The notes: generated by a model from the sequence alone, not told the origin. 64,000 bases of DNA from Blastocatellia bacterium (GCA_963765495.1 CAVXWP010000001.1:864001-928000), one strand, 5' to 3'. Counted from the stretch's first letter, positions 9,241 to 18,379 are shown. Numbers and translations: made by a program.

Positions 9241-9450
9241 ATGAAGAGCGTTTTCAGATCAAGACGCATTTCAAGGACTCTCGCGGCGTTTCTATTCGTT
9301 TCTGCGCTCTCTCTTTTTGGAGTGACCGCGCCTGTGGCATCAGCTCAGAGCTTCCCCGATCTTACCTTTTCTGCTGCCGGGCAGAATTGCAGCAAGTTCC
9401 GAAATCAACCCATCGCCCTTATAAGCACAAGGGCGTGCCGGATCGAATGA
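9241..9450 (+). CDS. Small secreted peptide or truncated CARDB-type gene
   Basis: aagggg RBS; clear signal peptide ending ASA-Q; mature QSFPDLTF...C...C, 34 aa. Confidence 0.55.
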   Translation: MKSVFRSRRISRTLAAFLFVSALSLFGVTAPVASAQSFPDLTFSAAGQNCSKFRNQPIALISTRACRIE

Positions 9451-9463
9451 GACGAGGAGGGTT

Positions 9464-10246
9464 ATGAAAAGTGCGCTCAAGACAATTGCGATAAGAACTT
9501 TGCCGACCGCTCTTGTGACGCTCGGTCTCGCAATACAAATCTGCGCCAACACAAGGACTATTGAATCCCGTTTCGCGTTGTCGGCCGATATCCGAAGCGA
9601 ATTCAGCACACGGTTTAATGCCCTCAGCCCCGGGAGGATCCTGATGGAAGGCACATGGACTGCCGCAGGTCCCGGCTCCGTTTCTGTTGCCTTGAAACTT
9701 ATGCTGATTCGACCCGACGGGACCGAAGCGGCCCGCAAGCAGGGTCCGGCTCCGCTCAGGCTCGAATATCGTGTATCTGAACAGGAGATAGATTCCTTTA
9801 TCGCCAGAGGCCGGACCTTTTGGACCATCAAGGTCATAAACAGCGCCGATGCGAACAGGCGAGAGGTGGGGGGCAAACTGAGAGTGACGGTTCCCACATT
9901 GAGCCGCAAAGTCTTAGACACGCAATTCACACTGCTCGGGTCGAGCAACGCTCAGGAAATACCTTTCCTTGTCCCCGCGCCCGGAAAGATAGTTGTAGGA
10001 GCCGAATGGGCAGGCGATCCGCTATCGGCCTCCGAACAGCAAGGAGTGTCAATAACGGTCAGTTTGATCCATCCCGGCCAGGCGAGGACTTACGCGCGGA
10101 GGCAGGGCACAAGTCCTCTCAGGATAGAGCATCAGGTGACGGATCGCGAACTCGATAAGGGGACCCGTTGGATTGTCAGGGTCCAGAACGATAATCAGGT
10201 GAAGATAAAAGGCAGGGTCAAGGTTACATACACGCCAAGCCTTTAA
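9464..10246 (+). CDS. Secreted protein with two tandem PPC/jelly-roll-like domains
   Basis: gaggaggg RBS; signal peptide; internal repeat PG(R/K)I..W...LI(R/H)P...AR(K/R)QG..PLR(L/I)E..V...E(I/L)D...W...V.N. Confidence 0.8.
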   Translation: MKSALKTIAIRTLPTALVTLGLAIQICANTRTIESRFALSADIRSEFSTRFNALSPGRILMEGTWTAAGPGSVSVALKLMLIRPDGTEAARKQGPAPLRLEYRVSEQEIDSFIARGRTFWTIKVINSADANRREVGGKLRVTVPTLSRKVLDTQFTLLGSSNAQEIPFLVPAPGKIVVGAEWAGDPLSASEQQGVSITVSLIHPGQARTYARRQGTSPLRIEHQVTDRELDKGTRWIVRVQNDNQVKIKGRVKVTYTPSL

Positions 10247-10309
10247 GGTGAAACCGCTCCGCCGCTTTTTTACCGGCGGGTAGATTTTGATCAAAGAAAG
10301 GAGAACGCA

Positions 10310-11128
10310 ATGAAACGCATTATGATCTGCATGCCGGTATTGCTTGCTGTATTCCTGCTGAATGCAGCCTACTCGATCCCGTGTACTGCCGCACTCGCTG
10401 AATCAAGGATGTCGGCCTTTCAGCTCTCATCGGGGGGGTCATCGGGTTCATGCCCGGATCTGCCCGCGCAGGTTGTTCAACTCGATGTTGCTCCCGCTTT
10501 GCTTGCGTCCAAGTACAGCATAAAGACCGCCTGGAGCGCGAACGCGCCTCAGTGCTTCACTATAAGGCGGTTCATAGTAAAAGCGAATATAACATTCGCA
10601 AACGGCCAGACAAAAAGCATACAAAAGTCGCTCTCCCCTTCTCAGACAAGCTTTCAGGGAGATGTGCCCGGCGCGGGCTCGCTGCCCAGGTTTGCCGATG
10701 TCACCATCACGGCGATAGCGACCGCCCCCGCATCGGGGATCGTGGCTTCCCCGTCAGGCATAGGACTTTCCGGAAATTGCCCGAGCATACCTGTGCATAT
10801 CACGCAGACCCTCTTCAACGGTCTTCAGCCTATTCCCAACCGCCCCGGCGATTATTATCCCAAGGTCAAAGTGGTCTGGAATGTAAACGGGTTGCTTCCG
10901 TGCATTGCGGTCAAGGAGTTCAAATTGACCGTCAGAGTAGGGGCTGATGGAAAAGAGCATCAAAGGACGGTGACTCTTCCCAGCAATCAACTCTCGGCAG
11001 ATGTGGTCATAACATCTGTGGCGGTAGGCTCAGGTTTTACGCCCCAACAGGTCAAATCACAGATCCAGGCTTCGGGCACGGCCCGCATAGAAGGAACCGC
11101 CCTGAAGAAAATACGGATCAACCGATGA
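10310..11128 (+). CDS. Secreted beta-rich protein with two Cys-paired repeated domains
   Basis: aaggag RBS; signal peptide; repeats CPDLP...W...C-F.I..F and CPSIP...W...C-I.V..F. Confidence 0.75.
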   Translation: MKRIMICMPVLLAVFLLNAAYSIPCTAALAESRMSAFQLSSGGSSGSCPDLPAQVVQLDVAPALLASKYSIKTAWSANAPQCFTIRRFIVKANITFANGQTKSIQKSLSPSQTSFQGDVPGAGSLPRFADVTITAIATAPASGIVASPSGIGLSGNCPSIPVHITQTLFNGLQPIPNRPGDYYPKVKVVWNVNGLLPCIAVKEFKLTVRVGADGKEHQRTVTLPSNQLSADVVITSVAVGSGFTPQQVKSQIQASGTARIEGTALKKIRINR

Positions 11129-11292
11129 TGCTCTCCCGCCGTTCGCGCGCCGATGGCAGGCGAGCATCTTACCGCAAACTCTGGATGTGACCGTTTCCCG
11201 GACTCTACCAATGTCGTTCAACAGAGTGCCGTCACAAAGACGGTCGTAGTCAGAGAAACGTTCGGACAGCCCTGTGCTGTAGGCAATTTTCG

Positions 11293-11318
11293 TGAAATGT
11301 TTTTTCATAATCTGCCAG
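11293..11318 (+). promoter_or_regulatory. Candidate ECF promoter P4 (TGAAAT-N15-GCCAG)
   Basis: tgaaat gttttttcataatct gccag, upstream of the 11424 unit. Confidence 0.7.
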
Positions 11319-11423
11319 GAAGAGTGATGTGAGAAATCAAGACATCAACGGATTAAAGAATCGCCCGCCAGGCGAGTCGCTCATCCGGGCCGAGAATTTT
11401 CCAGCAAAGAAAGGAGTAACGAG

Positions 11424-12218
11424 ATGAAGAACCAGTCTATCTTCAAGTCAGCTATAACGTTAACCGCAACAATGTTGTTTATGATTATGCTTGGAGCAAG
11501 CCAGAGCGCCAGCGCGCAATTCGGGCAGAAACCGGACTTGAGGGTCGCCAGAATTGATACGCCGGGAGGGCTCTGCGTCGGAAACAAGAGCAAGATCAGG
11601 GCTACCATAAACAACTCGCAGAACATCGGCGTCAGACAAGCCTTCAAGGTCCTGCTCAACATACAGTTTCCCAACGGCGGGCAGGGAGCTTACGAGGCGA
11701 CAATAAGCGGCATAGGACCCAACGGCAATCAAGCCGCCTGGTTCCAAAACGTCAGCCTGCCAAGCGCCGGGTATTATGCGATGAAGGTGTTTGTTGACCC
11801 GAAGAATAACATTGCCGAAACTGTCGAGAGCAACAATGACAGAGGTCAAGGTTTCAATGTGACGAAGTTCTGCGACGCGCCCACTCCTGTGCAGACATAC
11901 ACACTCACAGTGAAAGTCCACGAGAGCGGCACCTGGAGCGGGGGACAGGGGCAATGGATTCAGGGCGTAACGGTTCTTCTCGAAGACCTGGCCTCCCCGC
12001 ACCAATTCAGTTCTCGCACGGCGACGACCAATAGCCAGGGGGTGGCGACCTTTAATAACGTGCCGCCCAGCAAGCCGGGGAAAAACTTCAAGATCACGGC
12101 TTCGAAATCGAGATGCGCGCAGGTGTCCGGCAACCCCGCGCTTGCTCCCTCAATCAAACAGTTCAAAATGGGCGCATACAACTCGACGCAGCATCTGGCC
12201 CTCGACTGCGATCAGTGA
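11424..12218 (+). CDS. Secreted CARDB-domain protein with C-terminal transthyretin/carboxypeptidase-regulatory-like domain
   Basis: Signal peptide ASA-Q; PDLRV...VDPKNNIAETVESNN CARDB signature; GVTVLL...TTNSQGVATFNNVP. Confidence 0.8.
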   Translation: MKNQSIFKSAITLTATMLFMIMLGASQSASAQFGQKPDLRVARIDTPGGLCVGNKSKIRATINNSQNIGVRQAFKVLLNIQFPNGGQGAYEATISGIGPNGNQAAWFQNVSLPSAGYYAMKVFVDPKNNIAETVESNNDRGQGFNVTKFCDAPTPVQTYTLTVKVHESGTWSGGQGQWIQGVTVLLEDLASPHQFSSRTATTNSQGVATFNNVPPSKPGKNFKITASKSRCAQVSGNPALAPSIKQFKMGAYNSTQHLALDCDQ

Positions 12219-12243
12219 TCTTCACTCAAAGAGTCTCACCACG

Positions 12244-12300
12244 GTTGCGAGAATCAACCGAAAGGCAAAATCACTTCAGCACAGGGTTGGCTCTCGCAAC
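12244..12300. other. Intergenic 16-bp hairpin between the CARDB and barrel genes
   Basis: gttgcgagaatcaacc ... ggttggctctcgcaac. Confidence 0.5.
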
Positions 12301-12362
12301 TGAAACCAAAACAATGAGGCCGGACCAGGAACACCGGCTTCATAAAGGCGAGGGAAATAGAG

Positions 12363-14561
12363 ATGTTTAGAAAAACGAGATCAATCCCGCGCAGGCCGGG
12401 CACGATCCTGGCCCTCAGCCTGGCGACTTTGCTCGCCTGTGCCAACGCTGTCTTGCTTGCCCGGGCCGATTCACAGGATATTAGCGCCACAGCCAGCTTC
12501 TCAGATAAAGGATCGCTCGCTCTCGGCGAAAGGCTTTCCTTCAGCCTCAATCGCCCTCTCCAACCCGATGAGGGGGTGCTTGCAGCCCTCATCGGCTCGA
12601 CAGATATAACCGCCCTGTCGAGCGTGGATAAAAACGGTCTGAGTTATGATACGGCGATACTGCCTTTGCCTGCGGGTGAAACCGTGGCGGTCCTCTATCT
12701 GGTCACGCCAGACAACCGGTGGACAGAGATAGCCCGATTCCCTCTGCGCATCGAGCCCGACATCGCCGCAGCGCCCGTCACCCAACAGCAACCCCCCGCA
12801 GATTCCACTCAGCAGTCCGTAAATGTTCAAAAGAAATGGGGATTTGACAGAGCCAACATAACTCCATCGCTGACCATAGGGATGAAGTCACAGTTTGCAG
12901 AAAAAGCGTTCCCCGACACAAGCGCTTCCGAGCGGCCCACTTATAATGACCTCACATTGCAGGGTAGCCTTCAAACCGACATCGCTCGCGGGGCTTTTAA
13001 CTCGCAAACTCAATTCGATATCGTAGGCTCAAGCTTTCGAAAGGAAGCGATCCGTTTCGATCAACTGGGCGATGCCGCCCCTCATGTAGACCTGTCGAGT
13101 TACCTTGTACAGTTCCAGGCGGGCAAAGCCAAAGTGCAGGTAGGTCATGTGGCATTCGGCGCGAATCGCCATCTCATCAACAGCTTTTCGAGCCGTGGCA
13201 TAACGGTTACCTTTCCCGTCACTTCGCGCGCGGACTTTTCGCTCGCGGCCATGAACGGTACGAGCATAGTCGGCTGGAGCAACTTCTTCGGTCTGAATCG
13301 TCGCAAGCATCAGATCATAAGCGGCGCTTTCGGATATGAGATCATCCCAAGCCGCCCGGGCGCGCTCAGAATCGAGACCTCGATAATGCACGGGTCGGTT
13401 CTTCCCTTGAGCAACTTCAATCAGGGAGTCGTAAACGACGCGGAGCAGAGCAAGGGGGTGAGCGTGCGCGTTGTGGCAAGCGACAAGACCGAGCGTTTTC
13501 GCCTCGATGGCGGAATGGCCCGAAGCCGCTTCAATAACCCCGCCGATCCTTTGCTCCAGCAAGGACTCAATATCGTTCCGGTTCGCGAGACGGCTCGCAA
13601 CGCGCGCTACCTGGACGCAAGCTACCACATATTGCGCAATCTCCCCTTGAGTGCATCAAAGAACGTCAATCTCACCTTAAATTATCGCCACGAGAGGGTG
13701 GCTCCATTGTTTCGCAGCGTGGCGGCCTTTACGCAGGCTGATCGGTTCGACAATCAATTCGAGATCGTCAGCGGCATCGGCGAAATCATGGCTACCTTCG
13801 CTCATGGCCGGTCCAACGATAATCTCGATGACATTGCTTCGATCCTCAAGACTTTCACACGGCGCACGGGCCTCATTTTGGGCGTGCCGCTTGGCTCGCT
13901 CTTTGGCGATCAGGCGAGCCCTTCGCCCTGGCTTCCGAGAGTCTCATACAATTTTGACCGAACGCATCAGTTCGGCAAGGCACTTCCTGTAAACGGCGGC
14001 TTCGATAGCGCGAGCCAGATACCCGATCAGATCAGCACAAATCAGAGCCTTCTCGCCGAGTGGCAATTCGAGAAGTGGCGCTTCGGTTATCGCATCAATC
14101 ATTCGTTTCAAAATAACCGGCAGCCGGGAAGAGAGCTTGCCGATCTGAAAAATTTCATTCACGGTTTCACGTTCGGCGTGACGCCTGTTCCGGCTTTCGA
14201 TTTGAGTTTCGACCTCGGCAGGGAAAGCGCCGATAACAGAGAACAAAATCGCACTGATAACACTCTTCGCATAGGCTCGACAATCAACTGGCGAATGACT
14301 CAAAAAACCGCTCTTGCCGCGACCGTTTCAACCACTCTGGCCGGAGACGTTGCTGATACAAGCCGCAGTCGCAATGCCGAGCTTGACTTGCAATGGTCTT
14401 ACAGGTTCGACATGGAAAAGAGCCGGTTCAGAAAGATCAGCGGCCAGTTCTTTATCAGGTATGCGAACCGCTACGCGAGGATGCGAGACAGGTTGTTAGG
14501 ATTCAGTAACCTGACGAAGATCCAAACGCTCAATACTGGAATCAGTTTTACCTTTTTCTAA
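12363..14561 (+). CDS. Putative outer-membrane beta-barrel protein with N-terminal periplasmic Ig-like domain
   Basis: Signal peptide; Q/P linker; many alternating amphipathic strands; C-terminal LNTGISFTFF BAM-type Phe signal. Confidence 0.75.
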   Translation: MFRKTRSIPRRPGTILALSLATLLACANAVLLARADSQDISATASFSDKGSLALGERLSFSLNRPLQPDEGVLAALIGSTDITALSSVDKNGLSYDTAILPLPAGETVAVLYLVTPDNRWTEIARFPLRIEPDIAAAPVTQQQPPADSTQQSVNVQKKWGFDRANITPSLTIGMKSQFAEKAFPDTSASERPTYNDLTLQGSLQTDIARGAFNSQTQFDIVGSSFRKEAIRFDQLGDAAPHVDLSSYLVQFQAGKAKVQVGHVAFGANRHLINSFSSRGITVTFPVTSRADFSLAAMNGTSIVGWSNFFGLNRRKHQIISGAFGYEIIPSRPGALRIETSIMHGSVLPLSNFNQGVVNDAEQSKGVSVRVVASDKTERFRLDGGMARSRFNNPADPLLQQGLNIVPVRETARNARYLDASYHILRNLPLSASKNVNLTLNYRHERVAPLFRSVAAFTQADRFDNQFEIVSGIGEIMATFAHGRSNDNLDDIASILKTFTRRTGLILGVPLGSLFGDQASPSPWLPRVSYNFDRTHQFGKALPVNGGFDSASQIPDQISTNQSLLAEWQFEKWRFGYRINHSFQNNRQPGRELADLKNFIHGFTFGVTPVPAFDLSFDLGRESADNREQNRTDNTLRIGSTINWRMTQKTALAATVSTTLAGDVADTSRSRNAELDLQWSYRFDMEKSRFRKISGQFFIRYANRYARMRDRLLGFSNLTKIQTLNTGISFTFF

Positions 14562-14661
14562 GCGCCTCATTCTAAGCGCCCCTGATTTTCGATTTGAGAT
14601 TTGAAATCTGGATTCGGGGGTTAGAGATGAGCGAATCAAGACACGCAGCGAGGTTAAGATT

Positions 14662-15918
14662 ATGAAGCGACTGCTACTCATCCCCGCACTTCTCTCTCTT
14701 TTATTAACAGACAGCGCGGCGCAACAACAGATCAAGGTCAACCCTTCGGGTGTCAATGTCAACGCAAGCGGCGCGACCACGGTCTTTCTTACATTCGGCA
14801 GTCTGCTCAACAAGCGACCGGCTGAAGCCACGTGGTGCGGCGAGTTGATGTCGGCTGCGCCCGACATAGGCTTCAAGTGCAACCCCGCGACCATATTCGG
14901 CCAACTCCCGTCGCGCTTCGACCAATCCCGCTTGAGCGGCTCGAATGCGTTTACCGACATAATGTCTATACCGCCTTCGGTTGCGAGGCGGGCCTATCAG
15001 GCTGCGCAGGACGGGCAGCAGTCGTCGTTCTTTTACGTCCGGCGATTCGTTAATCCTTCGGGTGGAGCCGATGAGTATGTCCCGGTTACCTGCCGCATGA
15101 CGGGCGGGGGGGCGCGCACTCCTTTTGCGCTGACCGATGTGCGGCTATCGTTCTCAATTGATAAATCCGTTCTGCTGGTAGGACCCGGCCAGAAGATGCC
15201 TGCGTTGAAAGCCGAAATAGCTTACAACGGCACGGGCCGTCTGAAGGGTCGCTGGGAAGTCGTACTGCCGGGTGAAGAACCGCCTTCCGAGCGCGACCTG
15301 CTGACAGAAGCAACGCTTCCCATCGAAGAGCGGGGATTGCAACGACGTTACACCGAGTTGAAAAGGTTCAACATCTTCTTGCCTCCGACCGGGAAGTACA
15401 CACTGCCCGGACCTGATCCGGCGCGTCTGCCAAACGAGGTCAATGGTCAGTACCTCGTGTTGTTGCGCATAGAAGCTTCGGATGATAAGGAAGCCGATTC
15501 CAGCCTCGCAAGCGTCGGGGCCGGAGCGGGTGTCGTTCATAGCGGCGCGGTAGCAGGCTTTCCACTGCCGCCCCTGCGCTACTACGTCGGAAGCGGCAGC
15601 AGCAACATTGCGGCTCAACCGGCAGGAAAGCTCGTACAACTTCTGCCCGAAGCCAATTTCATCGTCCCCTCAGGCGCGCCCGTGGATTTCAGATGGCAAG
15701 AAATAGAGCAGGGGAGCTTTTACCGAATAGAGATAAGCAACGCGCAGCAAGAGATAGTCTTGTCGGCGCTGATGCCGCCCGGCACCGGATATTATCGTGC
15801 TCCATCGTGGTTGAAGGACAAAGCCGGAGACGGAAGCTTGCGCTGGCGAATAGTTGCCTTAGATCGAGCAGGAAAGCCGATTGGCGAAACTCCCTGGCGC
15901 TTTCTGCGACTCATGTAA
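14662..15918 (+). CDS. Secreted/periplasmic multi-Ig-like protein, probable partner of the barrel
   Basis: gaggt RBS; signal peptide SAA-Q; Cys-containing N-domain; YNGTGRLKGRWEVV; FN3-like C-terminus (FRWQE...YRIEI...WRIVA). Confidence 0.75.
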   Translation: MKRLLLIPALLSLLLTDSAAQQQIKVNPSGVNVNASGATTVFLTFGSLLNKRPAEATWCGELMSAAPDIGFKCNPATIFGQLPSRFDQSRLSGSNAFTDIMSIPPSVARRAYQAAQDGQQSSFFYVRRFVNPSGGADEYVPVTCRMTGGGARTPFALTDVRLSFSIDKSVLLVGPGQKMPALKAEIAYNGTGRLKGRWEVVLPGEEPPSERDLLTEATLPIEERGLQRRYTELKRFNIFLPPTGKYTLPGPDPARLPNEVNGQYLVLLRIEASDDKEADSSLASVGAGAGVVHSGAVAGFPLPPLRYYVGSGSSNIAAQPAGKLVQLLPEANFIVPSGAPVDFRWQEIEQGSFYRIEISNAQQEIVLSALMPPGTGYYRAPSWLKDKAGDGSLRWRIVALDRAGKPIGETPWRFLRLM

Positions 15919-15991
15919 CCGCGCAGATTCAGCCACAAAAAAGCAGGAACCCAAGGTGATGAGTGACGAGTGACGAGAATCGGGATTCTTT

Positions 15992-16064
15992 GACAGGATT
16001 AACAGGATTAAAAAGATTCCCGCAAGATTGTTGGGAAAATCTTGCTAGCCCTGTTAATTCTGTC
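15992..16064. repeat. Imperfect inverted repeat of the 9-mer (g/a)acaggatt family between convergent genes
   Basis: gacaggattaacaggattaaaaagatt ... aatcttgctagccctgttaattctgtc. Confidence 0.7.
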
Positions 16065-16092
16065 TGAGTCTTTGTTGCCGATCTCACATCTG

Positions 16093-17232
16093 CTACAAGA
16101 CGGCGGCGCGTTTCGGCAACAGGACCACTCGTTCTATCTCGAATACCTTCTCGTCGAAACTCGACTCAAACAAATCCACGCCCCGATTGATTAATGCGCC
16201 GGGTCTTTCGTTCTTTACGGCTACAAGGTGGAACCGCGCGATACCGGCCTGGTCGTTGTGATCTCGCTTTTCCAGTATGCGCGAGGCCGCGTAAAGCGTG
16301 TCGCCCGCAAGCACAGGCGCGGGGTGGCTGCCCCGGTCATAGCCGATTTCCCAGAGCGCGCTCGCCGTCGTGTCGCGGCAGGCAAGCGCGCACGCCCAGC
16401 CAAAGACCAGTCCCCCTTCGACCACTCGAGTTCCGGCGAAACTCTGCTTGCGGCAATACACTTCGTCATAGTGCAGGGGGTGGCTGTTACGCGAAAGCGT
16501 TGCAAGCTGCATGTGCTCGCTTTCTCCGATGGTTCGCCCCGCATCGTGAAGTATCGTATCGCCCTCTTCGAAATCTTCGAATAACCCTCGCGGACGCCCC
16601 GGCCATCTCGAAGCTTTGATGCCCTGAGCAAGCTCCATCGGCAGATGTTCCTGCTCTCTGGCCGGAGTCATATGCGGCGCGTTCGCGGCATATGCGGGAG
16701 CGTAGTGCGCGGGGGCCTGCGGGTCATTAAATTCTCTGAGAGGCGGATGAGCGCGGCCCGACAGTCTGCCCGCCGGGATCAAAGCCTTTCGCTCGAAACA
16801 GACCACAATCGCCCTGTCCTGATTGAGCGCGGTTGTTCGTACGTGGACGATTCCGCGATCAGGCTTCGATTTCGACGGGCGCGCAGAGATGACCTCCGAT
16901 GTCGTCTGTATCGTGTCGCCGGAATAGGCCGCGTTTGGAAACCTCATATTCATGTAGGCGAGGTGCGCGATGGTCTGTTCGGAAACATCGTGGACCGAGA
17001 AGCTGAGCGCAAGATTCATCAGGACTACAGGCGGGATCACTCGGTCTCGAAAGCCCATCTCTCTCGCAAAACGGCGGCTGGAATAGAGCGGATTCGGATC
17101 GAGAAACGACGCGGCAAACATCGCAAGCATCCCGTCATCAATCGTCACTTCCCACGGGTGATGATAGACCTCGCCTGTTCTGAAATCATCAAGCAAGCGC
17201 CCGTATTTCGGCTCTCTTGTATTACCGCCCAT
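16093..17232 (-). CDS. Double-hotdog MaoC-family (R)-hydratase, mesaconyl-CoA hydratase-like
   Basis: Two MaoC halves: GRLLDDFRTGE...DPNPLY and GLFEDFEEGD...NSHPLHYD, PVLAGDTLYA. Confidence 0.8.
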   Translation of the reverse strand: MGGNTREPKYGRLLDDFRTGEVYHHPWEVTIDDGMLAMFAASFLDPNPLYSSRRFAREMGFRDRVIPPVVLMNLALSFSVHDVSEQTIAHLAYMNMRFPNAAYSGDTIQTTSEVISARPSKSKPDRGIVHVRTTALNQDRAIVVCFERKALIPAGRLSGRAHPPLREFNDPQAPAHYAPAYAANAPHMTPAREQEHLPMELAQGIKASRWPGRPRGLFEDFEEGDTILHDAGRTIGESEHMQLATLSRNSHPLHYDEVYCRKQSFAGTRVVEGGLVFGWACALACRDTTASALWEIGYDRGSHPAPVLAGDTLYAASRILEKRDHNDQAGIARFHLVAVKNERPGALINRGVDLFESSFDEKVFEIERVVLLPKRAAVL

Positions 17233-17254
17233 ATTCGCCCCTCCACATCTTTGG

Positions 17255-17286
17255 AAATCTCAGATTTGAGATTTGAGATTTGAGAT
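17255..17286. repeat. Heptamer tandem repeat gatttga
   Basis: aaatctcagatttgagatttgagatttgagat. Confidence 0.75.
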
Positions 17287-18293
17287 CATCCGTCAATCAG
17301 GCCAAGCTCTCGGGCTAACGCTTCGTCGATTCGGCCAAGCGCGTAAGCCGTCCTGAGCGTATTGCGATTTACGCGGTCGGTTGCGCGGTCGGCCATTCGG
17401 CCCGCGATCATAGTCGCGCCCCGCCCCGCCGATTCGGCCTCAAGAAACAGCTTTGCCTCTTCGATGGCGCGCTTGATCTCTTCATCGGGGAGTTGAAATA
17501 TTTCGACCGCAATCCTCGATTGCTCGGGTATGCCGGTCCATTTGCCCGCAAACCCGAAATCGAGCGCAAGCAGGCAATCGCGGCGAAACTCTTCCAGTGC
17601 TGTCTGCCGTTCCGTTTCGCTTTTATCCCGTGTAGGGTAGTTTGTCGTCATCTCGGCAATTGCGGGAATCCCAACCGAGGCGGCTGCCTTCACTACGCGC
17701 CCGCGCGCCTGGTTGATGAGCGGGTGGTTTGAGTGGTACGTGGCCTGACGCAGCCCAAGCGATGCCCAGTAATCGAAAGAGCCGAATATCAACCCGACCA
17801 GGCGGCGCGATGACCGGGCTATCTCGAATGCCCGCTCTTCGGCTGAGACCGATTCTATCAGGACTTCGATTCGAATGCCGCCTGCGGGAAGCCCAAAACG
17901 GCGTTCGAGCGCGCTGAGTGTTTCGTCTATCGAGCGAACTTCGTCGGCGTTTTCGATCTTTGGATAAACAAGCCCGTCAAGATGCGCACCTGCCCCTTCG
18001 ACTATGACCGCTATGTCTTCGTGCGAGGGGTCAAGCTCGGCTCCTCGCGGGCGGAAAAAGCGGAGCCGCCTGTCCCAGTCAAGCTCCTTAAGCGCGCGGA
18101 TAATATTTGCCCGTCCGTCGGCCAGAAGCGCGGCATTTCCGCGAGGGATGGAGTCTTCCAGATCGAGCATGACAAGGTTGGCGAAGGATTTTGTAACCGC
18201 GCCTTCGATATATTTCCAGACCGTGGCGGGCACGGTGAGGTGGGCCATCTGGATCAGATATTTCGGCTCAAGTTCTATCAGATCATTGCTCAT
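17286..18293 (-). CDS. CitE/HpcH-HpaI superfamily CoA-ester lyase (malyl-/citramalyl-CoA lyase-like)
   Basis: VMLDLEDSIP, GLVYPKIE, VLIES, LIFGSFDY, GFAGKW, MIAGRMAD motifs. Confidence 0.85.
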   Translation of the reverse strand: MSNDLIELEPKYLIQMAHLTVPATVWKYIEGAVTKSFANLVMLDLEDSIPRGNAALLADGRANIIRALKELDWDRRLRFFRPRGAELDPSHEDIAVIVEGAGAHLDGLVYPKIENADEVRSIDETLSALERRFGLPAGGIRIEVLIESVSAEERAFEIARSSRRLVGLIFGSFDYWASLGLRQATYHSNHPLINQARGRVVKAAASVGIPAIAEMTTNYPTRDKSETERQTALEEFRRDCLLALDFGFAGKWTGIPEQSRIAVEIFQLPDEEIKRAIEEAKLFLEAESAGRGATMIAGRMADRATDRVNRNTLRTAYALGRIDEALARELGLIDG

Positions 18294-18379
18294 CTTTTCT
18301 AAATCATAACGCTGAATACTGGTAGAAATGAATTTGAATAGTTAGGAAAACAGTAATAGCCCAACCAACATGGTGCGTT

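Noticed and set aside
12301-12328. Fifth copy of the ECF motif before the barrel gene (tgaaac...gaccag)
   Set aside because: Lacks G at position 7 and the CAG is 2 nt out of register
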